Shown here: piece by piece, positions 30,718 to 40,413 of the stretch | Position numbering within the stretch: the stretch's first letter is position 1 | How the letters are laid out: the number at the start of each line of letters is the position of its first letter | Source of the DNA: an uncultured Verrucomicrobiales bacterium | Lineage (GTDB): Bacteria; Verrucomicrobiota; Verrucomicrobiia; Verrucomicrobiales; DEV007 | Direction: 5' to 3' | Assembly (NCBI GenBank): GCA_938091905.1 | Contig: CALKOM010000150.1 | Location: forward strand, 1 to 59,946 | Length of the DNA stretch: 59,946 nucleotides | Program-made: the position numbers and the translations under genes | Notes under the pieces: model-generated | What the model was told of the DNA's origin: nothing | Databases searched by the model: none | What the model saw: the letters and a program-made list of their open reading frames with translations, nothing else

Positions 30718-33700
30718 ATGAAACCACACCCAATCCGCGCAATGGGAATCTCCGCATTCCTCGCGATCTTCCTTAGTGTCATCACTGCCTCTGCGCAGTC
30801 GGTGATCGTCTCCGAGATCATGTACAATCCGAGTGGCGACGCTCCAGAATACATTGAGATTCAGAATACCACTTCGACTGCCTACGACATCGCCCTGTGG
30901 GAGATCACCGGAGGGATCAACTTCACATTTCCTGACTTTGATGCGAGCGACCCCCAAGCCCATTTCCTAAAGAACAAGGAACGTATCCTAGTCTCTTCCG
31001 TAGCTCCAGATGCCCTTCGCGCGGCCTACGACATTCCAGCTAATGTTAGGGTCTATGGCCCATGGGATGGCGACCTTGCCGAGGACGGCACACGTAGCTC
31101 AGGATTCTTAAGCAACCAAGGCGAATCACTCACTGTTAAGGATAAGAACGGTTCCCTTTTTGGAAGCGTGAGCTATTCAGACGATTTCCGCTGGGGCGTC
31201 GCTGCTGATGGCGCCGGCCATTCCTTGCATGTCATCAATCGCTTTGTCGATGCTAGCAATTTCCGCAACTGGCAAGTTAGCGTGAATGCAGGTGGCAGTC
31301 CAGGAGTAGACGAGCCTAACAACACGCATCCTGACGTTCACCTCAGCGAAGTGTGGTTCGACGCTGACGGCAAACTCGCCTGGGTCGAGCTCTACAATGC
31401 AGGCGCCTCCGCCGCGAACGTGGATGGCACGACCATTCGCACTCAAGCGGATCTCACCGGCCTCGCCGCTGAGGATTTGGAAAAAGTGAATGCCGCGATC
31501 AGTGGCTCCGTTCCAGCCGGTGGCTATCTCGCCGTGGATGTGAATCTCGAGGCCGATGACGATACTGGCCTTTTCCTAGCAGATACCTTTGGAAACGTCC
31601 TTTCCGCCCATCGGTTCTCCGACGCCACGGTGGAAACAAGTTACCAAGTCTTCCCCGCAGCTTCAGGTGAGTGGTATGGCACAGCAGCCGCCACGCAAGG
31701 CGCTGCCAACGCCCCTGCAACCAGCACCGCAGTCGTCATCAACGAGATCATGTTTGACCCTATCGGTGGCAGCCACGGAGAGTTCATCGAGCTTTACAAC
31801 AAGAGCGACACCATGGTCGAACTCGGCGGCTGGGAACTGCAAACTGCGGTTTCTTTTGTGTTTCCATCAGGTACTCAATTAGGCCCTGACAGTCACATGG
31901 TTGTCGCATCGGACTTGGAATGGTTCAAATCGATCTACGGCGCTGATGTCAACGCTCATGGTGATTTCGATGGCGTTTTGAGCAACGGCGGCGATCTTAT
32001 TCGCCTTATTGATAGTGATGGCAACCTTGCTGACGAAGTCGACTATGGTGTGGGCGGCGAATGGCCGACACTGGCGAATGACTTGGGTGCCTCGATGGAA
32101 CTGCTTCATCCTGACATGGACAACGCCCATGCGTCCGCTTGGCGAGACAGCGATGAGTCGAGCAAGTCAGAACTACGTGAATACTCGATCAAGAAGGAAT
32201 ACAGCCGCAATGGCACGTTTCAGCCGGGCGGCATCGGTCGCGACCAAGAGTTGCACTTTCACTTGGTAGGAGACGGCTATCTGCTTCTTGAGGATATTGA
32301 TTTGCATCGCCCCAAGAGCCTCTTCAATCCCAATGCCGCGAACATCATCGAGAACGTCGATAAGCAATCTAACAGCGGCAGCAGCAGTGACGGTTGGTAC
32401 ATTCAGGGCACCCATGCTCAGAGCTATGTTGACGGCAATCAGTTGCACCTCATTTCCGATGGCCGCGGAGACAACAGAGCTAACCGCGTAGAGATCGATA
32501 TCGAGGATTTAGGAAATTCAACTGATCTTGAGCTGACCTTCAAAGCACGCTGGTTGTACGGAAAGTCACGACTCATTGCTCAGACTGTAGATCATGGCTG
32601 GTCTCACGAGTTCCTTATCGATGTGCCCGAGGATATTGGTACTCCAGGCGCACCGAACACGGCGGCAAGCAATAGCACCGCACCTCAAGCAGATGACCTT
32701 CTGCATAGCCCAGCGGTACCAGACGACTCTCAGAATGTGACCATCACGGCGCGCGTTTCGTCAGTGACACCTCTCAAGACTGTCCAGGTCCGCTACACGA
32801 AAGACCGTTCCGGCGGTAACGCAGAGTCTCTCTTCAATCAATGGAAACAAACGCCCATGAATGATTCAGGCACTGGTGGTGATGCCGTAGCCGGTGACGG
32901 GATCTACAGCGCACAGATCACAGATCTGAAAGAAGATGGCAACGTTGTTGTTTTTTATGTGAATGTTATAGACGAAAACGACGCCTTCTACAACCTGCCC
33001 AAATATGGCATCGATCGGCCTGCTATCTACGTCGTCGACAATAACCGCCTAGAGTCCGACTTGCGCGTCCAGCGCGTCGTCATGTCAGAGTACTATCTTG
33101 ACCAGTTTGGCGACCGGCCTCAGGCCAAGTTCGACTACAAGTATCCATTCGTTTCGAACCACTACAAGCCCTGCACAGTAATCATGGATGAGGAACACAT
33201 CATCTACAACTGCGAAGCTCGCAGCGCCGGAAGTCCGTGGCATGAGGGCGAACGTCCTAACCTTGGGCTCAAAGGAAAGTATAAAACTCCACGTTCAAAA
33301 ACGTTCCGTGGACGAGTCAAATCCACCTGGGACCAAGACCCAACGTCTGGTGATCGCCAGCATAACGATAAGATGACACAGTATTGGATGTATTTGCTGG
33401 GGCATCCGGCCAGTGACACCGAGTTCATTCAAGTCATCATCAACGCCGGAAACCCTGCCGTACGTGCTGAAGTGGAAGCTCCTTCCGATAATGGATTCAT
33501 GGACCGCCACTGGAAAGACGGTAGCCAGGGACAGATGTTCCGAATCGATGATGAATGGACCTTCCCTGACAACTTTAGTTCAAAACCAAGCCGCAATGCA
33601 GAGTGGACTCACAAATCACCAAACGGCGACCGAGGTGGCCGTTACCACTCGGAGTGGATGTTGCGCTCTCGCGAAGCAGAATATGACTTCGATCCTATCA

Positions 33701-36258
33701 TGAGTCTATTCAAAATGACCACTGATGGGGATTTCACCCAAGCGCAGGCAGAGCGCATGATCCATACCGAGCAAATGGCGATCAACATGGCTGTCCGTGG
33801 TTACATCGGTGACTGGGATACATTCTCGATCCGCCGCGGTAAGAATGGGTTCATGTATCGTCGGAGTACGGATGGTAAGTTTCAGTTTATTCACTGGGAC
33901 AGTGATCTCGCGTTCCAGGGTACGGGCGAAGCTTTCCTCAACGGTGCAGGAAATCCTGCCGCCTTCCGCAATTGGCATGTGAAACCCTATGTCCGACGCC
34001 TCTACAACTACTACCTGAATGAGATGCTCGAAGAATACACCAATGACTCGAAGCGAATGGAGGCCTTCTTTGTGGCAGAGGAAGAATCTTCAGATGAGTA
34101 TTCAATGAGAGATGGTAAGTACAAGACGTGGTTCTCTGGCAGGAAGAATAGAACGCGCAGCGAGATTGGCAGTGAGAACACGGGAGCTGCGTTCGCCATC
34201 ACCACGGAAGGTGGCGATGACTTCAGCATGGCCGAAGACTACCTAACCTTGGAAGGGACGGCTGGTGCGGATGTCTACAATGTGATCCTGAAAGATTACC
34301 CAGAGCACTATCCAGAGCCTAAGCTCAAGTGGCTCAGCGAAATAGGCTGGCGCCTCTCCGGCATTGTGTTGGCTGAAGGTGAGAATTCTCTAGCTATCCG
34401 CGCCACTGATCGTGCCGGCAAAGAACTGGGCAGTCTCTTCAGTCCTCGCGCGGACGAGATCAACGTGACGAAGACTTCGCCAGGTAATCCAATCGTCGAT
34501 GTAGACTCCAGTCCTGGCTCGCTCAATGTAGGCGTCAGCGAATTGCTTACATTGGACGCTTCCGACAGCGTTGATCCTGAAGGCGAGATGTTGAGCTTCG
34601 GTTGGCAAGGGCCCGCCGGCGATGCCTATGCGATATCGCCACGACCCGGTGCGCCATACTTGGCAGACGCTAGCTTCAATCAGCCCGGCCTCTACATGTT
34701 TTCACTCACCGCGACAGATGCTGCTGGCAATGCCACCACCGTGGAACGCGAAGCCGCCGTCTATGGAGCGGGCGGGTTCAGTGGATTCAACAACGGTCTG
34801 GAGAGCTATTGGACCTCTTCCAACGCACCGCTGAGTACACCAAGTTTCCAGCCGGGTTCCTACACGTTGAATGACCGGGGTGGCCACCTCACGATGAATA
34901 TTCAGAGTGACGAGGCCAAGCCACTCACCGCAAGCAATCCGAAGTTCCCCTGGATGCAACGTCCATTACCAATCTCCACGGATTGGTCTCTCCATGGCAA
35001 ATTGCAGCTTGAAAGCTTGCAGCTTGGGAGCTTCCAAACTGGTATCCTGGCTGAAACCACTGCTGACGGAGGATCGTCGCACTATGCTGTCGGGATGTTC
35101 AACGGAACCGAGTTGGTAGCTGTCGAGATCGACACAAGTGGCGCAGTCTCCATCCTCGAGATGATTTCTTGGGATGAGAATGACGCCACCGTTCGTTTAC
35201 GTCGCGCAGGTGATCAGCTGCATTTCGAATACCGTAAAGATAAGGTCTGGCTTCCTCTCCACATGCAGACGCTCGCAGCAGGCGCTGAAGCCGTCCACGG
35301 CGGCCCTTACATCGCTACTGACGCTCCACACAATGTTCGCGTGGCCTTTGACTACGTCCTCTTGGTCGATCCTGGAACGGTGTCTTCTCTTCAGAAAGAC
35401 CTTCGTCTGACGGAAATCATGTATAACCCAACTGGTGGTCAGGATCTCGAGTATCTTGAGATCCACAATATCGGCACGTTATCCCTCGACTTGGCAGGAG
35501 CCCATTTCACCAATGGCATCGACTATACCTTTGGAGAAGTGCAGCTAGGCGCTGGAAAGACCATCATCGTGGCGAAAGACAATGACGCCTTCAAAGCAGA
35601 GTATGGTGCGGACATCAACATGGCAGCGGGATCCTACGGTGGGCAGCTAGCCAACGGCGGTGAAACCCTGACTTTGGTCGATGCGCAAGAGCGCCTAATC
35701 TTCTCCATCACCTACAACGATGGTGGTGATTGGCCTTCCGAAGCAGACGGCCGTGGCTCTTCCATCGAACTCGTCAGTGCCAGCGAGCCGATCAACTCAC
35801 CGATCAACTGGAAAGCCAGCGCAGAAGGCGGTTCTCCAGGTGAAGTGAATCTTGGTGGCGGCGGTGGCGAGCCTCAGCCCGGCGATGCAGACGGCGACGG
35901 CATCGCTGACGCCTGGGAGACCCAATTCGGACTCGACCCAGCAGATGCAGACGACGCGTCAACAGATAGTGACGGTGATGGCTGGACAGCCCTAGAGGAA
36001 TACTACGCCAACACCGATCCGAATGACGACGATGACTTTCTGTCGCTTACAGTCACGCCCGTGAGCAATACTGAAGTGAGCTTCTCCTTCACACTCGCTC
36101 CCGATCGTGTGTATGCTTTGGAACGTTCAGCCACGATGACGGGAGTGTGGTCCGCGATGACCACCTTTGGCCCAGAAGCGACGGGACGTGCGGTCAGCAG
36201 CGCGCAGGCCGTGCCTGACTTCGAGAAAGGCTTCTATCGACTGCGTGTCAGCCCATAG
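30718..36258 (+). CDS. Large secreted lamin-tail-domain / CotH-kinase-like / PKD multidomain surface protein
   Basis: Signal peptide; four LTD-like repeats (SEIMYNP, SEVW, NEIMFDP, TEIMYNP); MNDSG..GD.VAGDGIYS; CotH-like IGDWD...KNGFMY...IHWDSDLAF; PKD (LDASDSVDPEG); C-terminal DxDGDG module. Confidence 0.88.
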   Translation: MKPHPIRAMGISAFLAIFLSVITASAQSVIVSEIMYNPSGDAPEYIEIQNTTSTAYDIALWEITGGINFTFPDFDASDPQAHFLKNKERILVSSVAPDALRAAYDIPANVRVYGPWDGDLAEDGTRSSGFLSNQGESLTVKDKNGSLFGSVSYSDDFRWGVAADGAGHSLHVINRFVDASNFRNWQVSVNAGGSPGVDEPNNTHPDVHLSEVWFDADGKLAWVELYNAGASAANVDGTTIRTQADLTGLAAEDLEKVNAAISGSVPAGGYLAVDVNLEADDDTGLFLADTFGNVLSAHRFSDATVETSYQVFPAASGEWYGTAAATQGAANAPATSTAVVINEIMFDPIGGSHGEFIELYNKSDTMVELGGWELQTAVSFVFPSGTQLGPDSHMVVASDLEWFKSIYGADVNAHGDFDGVLSNGGDLIRLIDSDGNLADEVDYGVGGEWPTLANDLGASMELLHPDMDNAHASAWRDSDESSKSELREYSIKKEYSRNGTFQPGGIGRDQELHFHLVGDGYLLLEDIDLHRPKSLFNPNAANIIENVDKQSNSGSSSDGWYIQGTHAQSYVDGNQLHLISDGRGDNRANRVEIDIEDLGNSTDLELTFKARWLYGKSRLIAQTVDHGWSHEFLIDVPEDIGTPGAPNTAASNSTAPQADDLLHSPAVPDDSQNVTITARVSSVTPLKTVQVRYTKDRSGGNAESLFNQWKQTPMNDSGTGGDAVAGDGIYSAQITDLKEDGNVVVFYVNVIDENDAFYNLPKYGIDRPAIYVVDNNRLESDLRVQRVVMSEYYLDQFGDRPQAKFDYKYPFVSNHYKPCTVIMDEEHIIYNCEARSAGSPWHEGERPNLGLKGKYKTPRSKTFRGRVKSTWDQDPTSGDRQHNDKMTQYWMYLLGHPASDTEFIQVIINAGNPAVRAEVEAPSDNGFMDRHWKDGSQGQMFRIDDEWTFPDNFSSKPSRNAEWTHKSPNGDRGGRYHSEWMLRSREAEYDFDPIMSLFKMTTDGDFTQAQAERMIHTEQMAINMAVRGYIGDWDTFSIRRGKNGFMYRRSTDGKFQFIHWDSDLAFQGTGEAFLNGAGNPAAFRNWHVKPYVRRLYNYYLNEMLEEYTNDSKRMEAFFVAEEESSDEYSMRDGKYKTWFSGRKNRTRSEIGSENTGAAFAITTEGGDDFSMAEDYLTLEGTAGADVYNVILKDYPEHYPEPKLKWLSEIGWRLSGIVLAEGENSLAIRATDRAGKELGSLFSPRADEINVTKTSPGNPIVDVDSSPGSLNVGVSELLTLDASDSVDPEGEMLSFGWQGPAGDAYAISPRPGAPYLADASFNQPGLYMFSLTATDAAGNATTVEREAAVYGAGGFSGFNNGLESYWTSSNAPLSTPSFQPGSYTLNDRGGHLTMNIQSDEAKPLTASNPKFPWMQRPLPISTDWSLHGKLQLESLQLGSFQTGILAETTADGGSSHYAVGMFNGTELVAVEIDTSGAVSILEMISWDENDATVRLRRAGDQLHFEYRKDKVWLPLHMQTLAAGAEAVHGGPYIATDAPHNVRVAFDYVLLVDPGTVSSLQKDLRLTEIMYNPTGGQDLEYLEIHNIGTLSLDLAGAHFTNGIDYTFGEVQLGAGKTIIVAKDNDAFKAEYGADINMAAGSYGGQLANGGETLTLVDAQERLIFSITYNDGGDWPSEADGRGSSIELVSASEPINSPINWKASAEGGSPGEVNLGGGGGEPQPGDADGDGIADAWETQFGLDPADADDASTDSDGDGWTALEEYYANTDPNDDDDFLSLTVTPVSNTEVSFSFTLAPDRVYALERSATMTGVWSAMTTFGPEATGRAVSSAQAVPDFEKGFYRLRVSP

Positions 36259-36285
36259 ACAGGCCATCTCAGAACGACTACATCG

Positions 36286-36319
36286 GAGGCCGCTGGGGAT
36301 CATATCCTCAGCGGCCTTC
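36286..36319. terminator. Hairpin between convergent genes, probable terminator
   Basis: AGGCCGCTGGGGAT-cat-ATCCTCAGCGGCCT, 14-bp stem with one G-U pair. Confidence 0.7.
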
Positions 36320-36323
36320 TTCG

Positions 36324-37331
36324 TTAGCGCTCCGCTACTTCACTCGGCAACGCCTCACCATCTAGCAAATGATCAAGAAATCTCCGCGCATAGGTCGGCG
36401 CGGTGAGCACGCCTTTCGAGCTGAACCCGCCAAACCATGCCAAGTGGGGCTTTCCAGGATGACGCCCCATGGTAGGAAAACGCGTGAGTGTCACCGGACG
36501 AACGGCCGCCGCGTGATCTACCACATCGTAGGGACATCTGAGGATCTTCTGAACGTTTGCGTCAACCGAGGCTCGGCCGTTCGCACTAGGGAGGGTCTCA
36601 GGATGTCCAACCGCCTCATAGGTTGATCCAGCCCGCCAAAGCCCATCACCCAATGGCAAGAGCCATGCCGAGCTACTAAAGATCCTTCTGTCGTCCGCCA
36701 AATCAGGTATGGACAATGTCAGGATATCTCCATGCGCGAATCGCATGGGCAACCAATCGAACGAGGACAAGCCCAGCATCCACGGCCCATTGGCAAATAC
36801 CCAGGTTCCCACGCCGGGATCGCATTCCTCAATATCGATGCGCGCCTCTTCGTACCCCCCTTCCTTCCGAAACCATCCGCGAGAAGCTTCCAACCAAGCA
36901 TTCACCCTAAGAAACCCGGCTCGTTTCATCCGAAAGGTACCAAAGGCAGGCGTGTGAAAGACTTCATTCGCCAAACTGGGAGCACCAGGCAGCAACTCTT
37001 CCTCAAAAACCGGATCACCGATGCGTTTCTGCCATCGCGTGGCTTCCACGTCATTCGCGAGGAAGCGCACGGTTTCATATCGATGATAAAACGTGGTCCC
37101 CAGCAACGAACTGACATTACGATAAAACGACTCCATTTCCGTTAGGAAACTCCATCCTTGAGTCAGTGTCAGTCGCTGACCAGCAATCGGCGTGACCAAA
37201 CCTGCGGCAACCTTGGAAGCCGTCGAGGCCCTCGGTTCATCATAGATACGAAATGGCACCTCTCGCTGGCGACATTGCCACGCCAACGCCGTGCCCGCGA
37301 TGCCTTGCCCCACAATGTGTAGCCGTTCCAC
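36324..37331 (-). CDS. FAD-dependent oxidoreductase (DAO/glycine oxidase-like)
   Basis: IVGQGIAG, ASKVAAGL, GSTY, AAVRP, GFSSKG. Confidence 0.88.
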   Translation of the reverse strand: MERLHIVGQGIAGTALAWQCRQREVPFRIYDEPRASTASKVAAGLVTPIAGQRLTLTQGWSFLTEMESFYRNVSSLLGTTFYHRYETVRFLANDVEATRWQKRIGDPVFEEELLPGAPSLANEVFHTPAFGTFRMKRAGFLRVNAWLEASRGWFRKEGGYEEARIDIEECDPGVGTWVFANGPWMLGLSSFDWLPMRFAHGDILTLSIPDLADDRRIFSSSAWLLPLGDGLWRAGSTYEAVGHPETLPSANGRASVDANVQKILRCPYDVVDHAAAVRPVTLTRFPTMGRHPGKPHLAWFGGFSSKGVLTAPTYARRFLDHLLDGEALPSEVAER

Positions 37332-37386
37332 GAAAACTAGAACTTAGAACTTAAAACCTGAAGCACAACAGGCTATCTCTACTCCA

Positions 37387-38076
37387 ATGAAACCCATCGT
37401 CCAAATATCCCTCGATCTAACCAACATCGACGAAGCGCTTGAGACCGCCGAGATGGCACTGCGCGCAGGCGTCGATTGGCTTGAGGCAGGCACACCACTC
37501 CTTCTTGCCGAAGGCCTGCACGGGGTGCGTGCGCTGCGTGAAAAATTTCCCACCACACCAATCGTAGCTGATCTCAAAACGATGGATGGAGGTTACCTAG
37601 AAGCAGAAATGATGGCCAAGGCTGGGGCCACACAGGTCGTTGTCATGGCAAGAGCCCATGAAGAGACGGTCAAATGCGTTGTGCAGGCCGGCAACGACTT
37701 CGGAGCTGAAGTCATGGGCGACAATCTAGCCTGCCCCAACATGGTCGACGGCGCCAAGTGGCTGGAGGATCTCGGTTGCGACTACATCGTCCATCACATT
37801 GGCTACGACGAACGCCGTGGCATCGCAGCACAAGGAGAACGCATGCCAAGCCCATTAGATGACCTCCGTGCGGTCGTTGATGCAGTTTCCATTCCCGTTC
37901 AGGCCGTGGGTGGCCTTTCTATCGAACAGGCTATCCAGTGTCCGGCCTACGGTGCCCCCCTGGTTGTTTTGGGAGCCCCATTGACTATTGACGCCGATGC
38001 GTTCAAAACGGCCGACGGCAATCTTGAAGGTTCACTGAAGCTCATTTGCGATCAAGTCCACGCCCAGTCAATTTAA
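37387..38076 (+). CDS. 3-hexulose-6-phosphate synthase / 3-keto-L-gulonate-6-P decarboxylase family (OMP decarboxylase superfamily)
   Basis: QISLD, DWLEAGTPL, IVADLKTMDGGYLEA, HIGYD, AVGGL. Confidence 0.88.
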   Translation: MKPIVQISLDLTNIDEALETAEMALRAGVDWLEAGTPLLLAEGLHGVRALREKFPTTPIVADLKTMDGGYLEAEMMAKAGATQVVVMARAHEETVKCVVQAGNDFGAEVMGDNLACPNMVDGAKWLEDLGCDYIVHHIGYDERRGIAAQGERMPSPLDDLRAVVDAVSIPVQAVGGLSIEQAIQCPAYGAPLVVLGAPLTIDADAFKTADGNLEGSLKLICDQVHAQSI

Positions 38077-38080
38077 AGCC

Positions 38081-39103
38081 ATGACACATCCAGCCGTAGT
38101 CAATTTTGCCGAAGAACCACACAGCGTCGAGATCCGCGAGATCGAGGAACCCGATATCGGAGCTGACGATGTCCTTCTTCAAGTCGCTGCCGTTGGCGTC
38201 TGTGGCAGTGATCTTCATCAATGGACTTCCCAGCACAGTTGGCCTGTGAACTATCCCGTGGTGTTAGGCCACGAGTTCGCTGGAATCATCACTGCAGTCG
38301 GTAAAAACGTCCTTTCTTGGAGGGAAGGAGATCGTGTCGTTAGTGAGACGGCCGCGGTCATTGATCCCGACAATCCTATGACTCGTCGTGGTCTCTACAA
38401 TCTTGACACGTCACGCAAAGGCTTTGGCTATGGTGTCAACGGTGCCATGACACGATATGTTCGTGTCCCTGCCCGTTGCCTCCACGCTGTTCCTGAGGGC
38501 TTAGCGTTCGAGAAAGCAGCGCTCACAGAACCGTGCTGCGTGGCCTACAATGCCACGATCAAGAATTCGCGGATCGATCCAGGCGACCGCGTCCTCGTTC
38601 TTGGCCCCGGCACGATCGGCATCCTCTGCGCGGCGCTTGCTCGCCAGGCAGGAGCCGAAGTCGCCATCGCAGGCCTTCCCCAAGACGTGGGCAGACTCAA
38701 GATCGCCGAGCAGTATGGGTGCCATACCATCATCGGCGATGCTTTGCCGTGGGCTCGAGTTCGGGACGGACTGGGAGCGGATGTGGTGATCGATGCGGCC
38801 GGCGTTTCAGCGACGCTCAAACTCGCAATCGAAGCCGTACGCCCCGCAGGGTGGATTACCAAGGTAGGCTGGGGCCCAAAGCCGTTGGACTTTAACATTG
38901 ATCCCATTGTTCAGAAAAACGTCACCCTTCAAGGCAGTTTCAGCCATCACTGGTCCATTTGGGAACGAATCCTTGCCATGCTCGCATCCAATCAGTTGGA
39001 CGTCACTCCCATCATTGGTGGTCAGTGGTCACTGGAAGATTGGGAAACCGCCTTCACTAAGATGCACCACGGCGATGTCGTGAAATCCGTGCTCACGCCA
39101 TGA
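38081..39103 (+). CDS. Zinc-dependent medium-chain (sugar/polyol) dehydrogenase
   Basis: GVCGSDLH, LGHEFAG, GDRV, ALTEP, GPGTIG. Confidence 0.92.
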   Translation: MTHPAVVNFAEEPHSVEIREIEEPDIGADDVLLQVAAVGVCGSDLHQWTSQHSWPVNYPVVLGHEFAGIITAVGKNVLSWREGDRVVSETAAVIDPDNPMTRRGLYNLDTSRKGFGYGVNGAMTRYVRVPARCLHAVPEGLAFEKAALTEPCCVAYNATIKNSRIDPGDRVLVLGPGTIGILCAALARQAGAEVAIAGLPQDVGRLKIAEQYGCHTIIGDALPWARVRDGLGADVVIDAAGVSATLKLAIEAVRPAGWITKVGWGPKPLDFNIDPIVQKNVTLQGSFSHHWSIWERILAMLASNQLDVTPIIGGQWSLEDWETAFTKMHHGDVVKSVLTP

Positions 39104-39876
39104 AGCTTCAAGATAAGGCCATCATCGTCACGGGCAGCACGATGGGCATCGGCAAAGCCATTGCCAAGCGGGCCATCGCGGAGGGGGCCAGGGTTCTCGT
39201 CCACGGCCTCGAGCGAACTGAAGGCGAATCCGTTTGCAAGGAGTTGGGCCAAGATCGGACTGCGCTCCATATTGATGACTTGGCCGATCCTCTCGCCGCT
39301 CAACGTACTGTTGGCGCTGCTATCGCTGCTTTCGGTAAACTAGATGTATTGGTTAACAATGCTGGTATGGTGGTCACGGGCCGTCTGGAAGGCTGCGAGG
39401 TAGCGGCATTTGATCGTGTCATGGCCGTCAACGCACGCGCACCGCTTTTTCTCACCCAGGCCGCGTATCCTTATCTCAAGAAATCCGGGGGAAACATCCT
39501 CAACATTGGCTCAGTCAATGCGCACTGCGGCGAAGAAAACCTATTGCCCTACAGCATGTCCAAAGGCGCGCTCATGACCATGACCCGAAATCTTGGTGAT
39601 ACACTTATGCGCGAAGGGGGCGTTCGGGTCAATCAGGTCAACCCTGGTTGGGTCCTCACGGAGAGCGAACAGTCCCGTAAACGGGAACAAGGCATGGTCG
39701 AAGATTGGCCCGCCCACCTTCCGAAGAACTTCGCCCCTGCGGGCCGCATTCTCTTCCCGGATGAGATTGCCGCTGCCGTCCTCCTTTTCATAAGTTCGGA
39801 GGTCGGTCCAACTACGGGTACCGTTTTTGAAATGGAGCAGTATCCGATGATTGGTCGCAATCCCCCCAAACTCTAG
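39100..39876 (+). CDS. Short-chain dehydrogenase/reductase
   Basis: TGSTMGIG, NNAG, YSMSK, VNPG. Confidence 0.93.
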   Translation: MKLQDKAIIVTGSTMGIGKAIAKRAIAEGARVLVHGLERTEGESVCKELGQDRTALHIDDLADPLAAQRTVGAAIAAFGKLDVLVNNAGMVVTGRLEGCEVAAFDRVMAVNARAPLFLTQAAYPYLKKSGGNILNIGSVNAHCGEENLLPYSMSKGALMTMTRNLGDTLMREGGVRVNQVNPGWVLTESEQSRKREQGMVEDWPAHLPKNFAPAGRILFPDEIAAAVLLFISSEVGPTTGTVFEMEQYPMIGRNPPKL

Positions 39877-40020
39877 TTACCAAGTCATGACGCCTCGGAT
39901 TTCTTCTCGAATTCGGTCGTGTCCGCTTTTGTGATCGTCGATACGATCTTGGTTTTAAGTGGCGTTGCTATGGTTCTCGATTGTGCTGAATGCATTTTCC
40001 CCCACCGGATGGCGGAACGC

Positions 40021-40056
40021 AAAGAGCCCCACGGACGACTGGTGTCAGTGGGGCTC
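40021..40056 (-). terminator. Intrinsic terminator after rpsU
   Basis: On minus strand GAGCCCCAC...GTGGGGCTC followed by TTT. Confidence 0.65.
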
Positions 40057-40090
40057 CTAAAATTGTTAAGACTAGACTCGAAAACGAGCG

Positions 40091-40336
40091 CTAGGCCTTT
40101 TTGGGCGCTGGAGTATCCTCGCTACCCTCAGCAGGAGTAGAATTGAGGTTCACGCGAAATTTCACGCGCCCTTTCTTAGCGGCGGCGCGAGCCTTCCGAC
40201 GGGTCTTTTGAAGTGGTGTTTCAAAAGAGCGGAGGCGACGGATCTCATCGAGGATTCCCTCAGACTCAAGTTTAGTCTTAAGTCTCTTCAGAGCGCGATC
40301 AATCGGCTCTCCTTTTTTTACAGATACTTCAGGCAT
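40091..40336 (-). CDS. rpsU: 30S ribosomal protein bS21
   Basis: MPEVSVKKGEPIDRALKRLK...GILDEIRRLRSFETP. Confidence 0.93.
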   Translation of the reverse strand: MPEVSVKKGEPIDRALKRLKTKLESEGILDEIRRLRSFETPLQKTRRKARAAAKKGRVKFRVNLNSTPAEGSEDTPAPKKA

Positions 40337-40346
40337 AGTGTAGAGA

Positions 40347-40381
40347 TAAAAGAGGCCCTGCGATAATTTCGCAGAGCCTCT
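40347..40381 (-). terminator. Intrinsic terminator after the PEP-CTERM gene
   Basis: On minus strand AGAGGCTCTGCGA-aatta-TCGCAGGGCCTCT then TTTAT. Confidence 0.75.
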
Positions 40382-40413
40382 GAAATACTTACTGAGTCCT
40401 TAATTCAGCTTGA

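Noticed and set aside
29584..36258. Metallophosphoesterase and CotH protein as a phosphatase/kinase pair
   Set aside because: The phosphoesterase has no signal peptide while the CotH protein is secreted; adjacency alone is weak evidence
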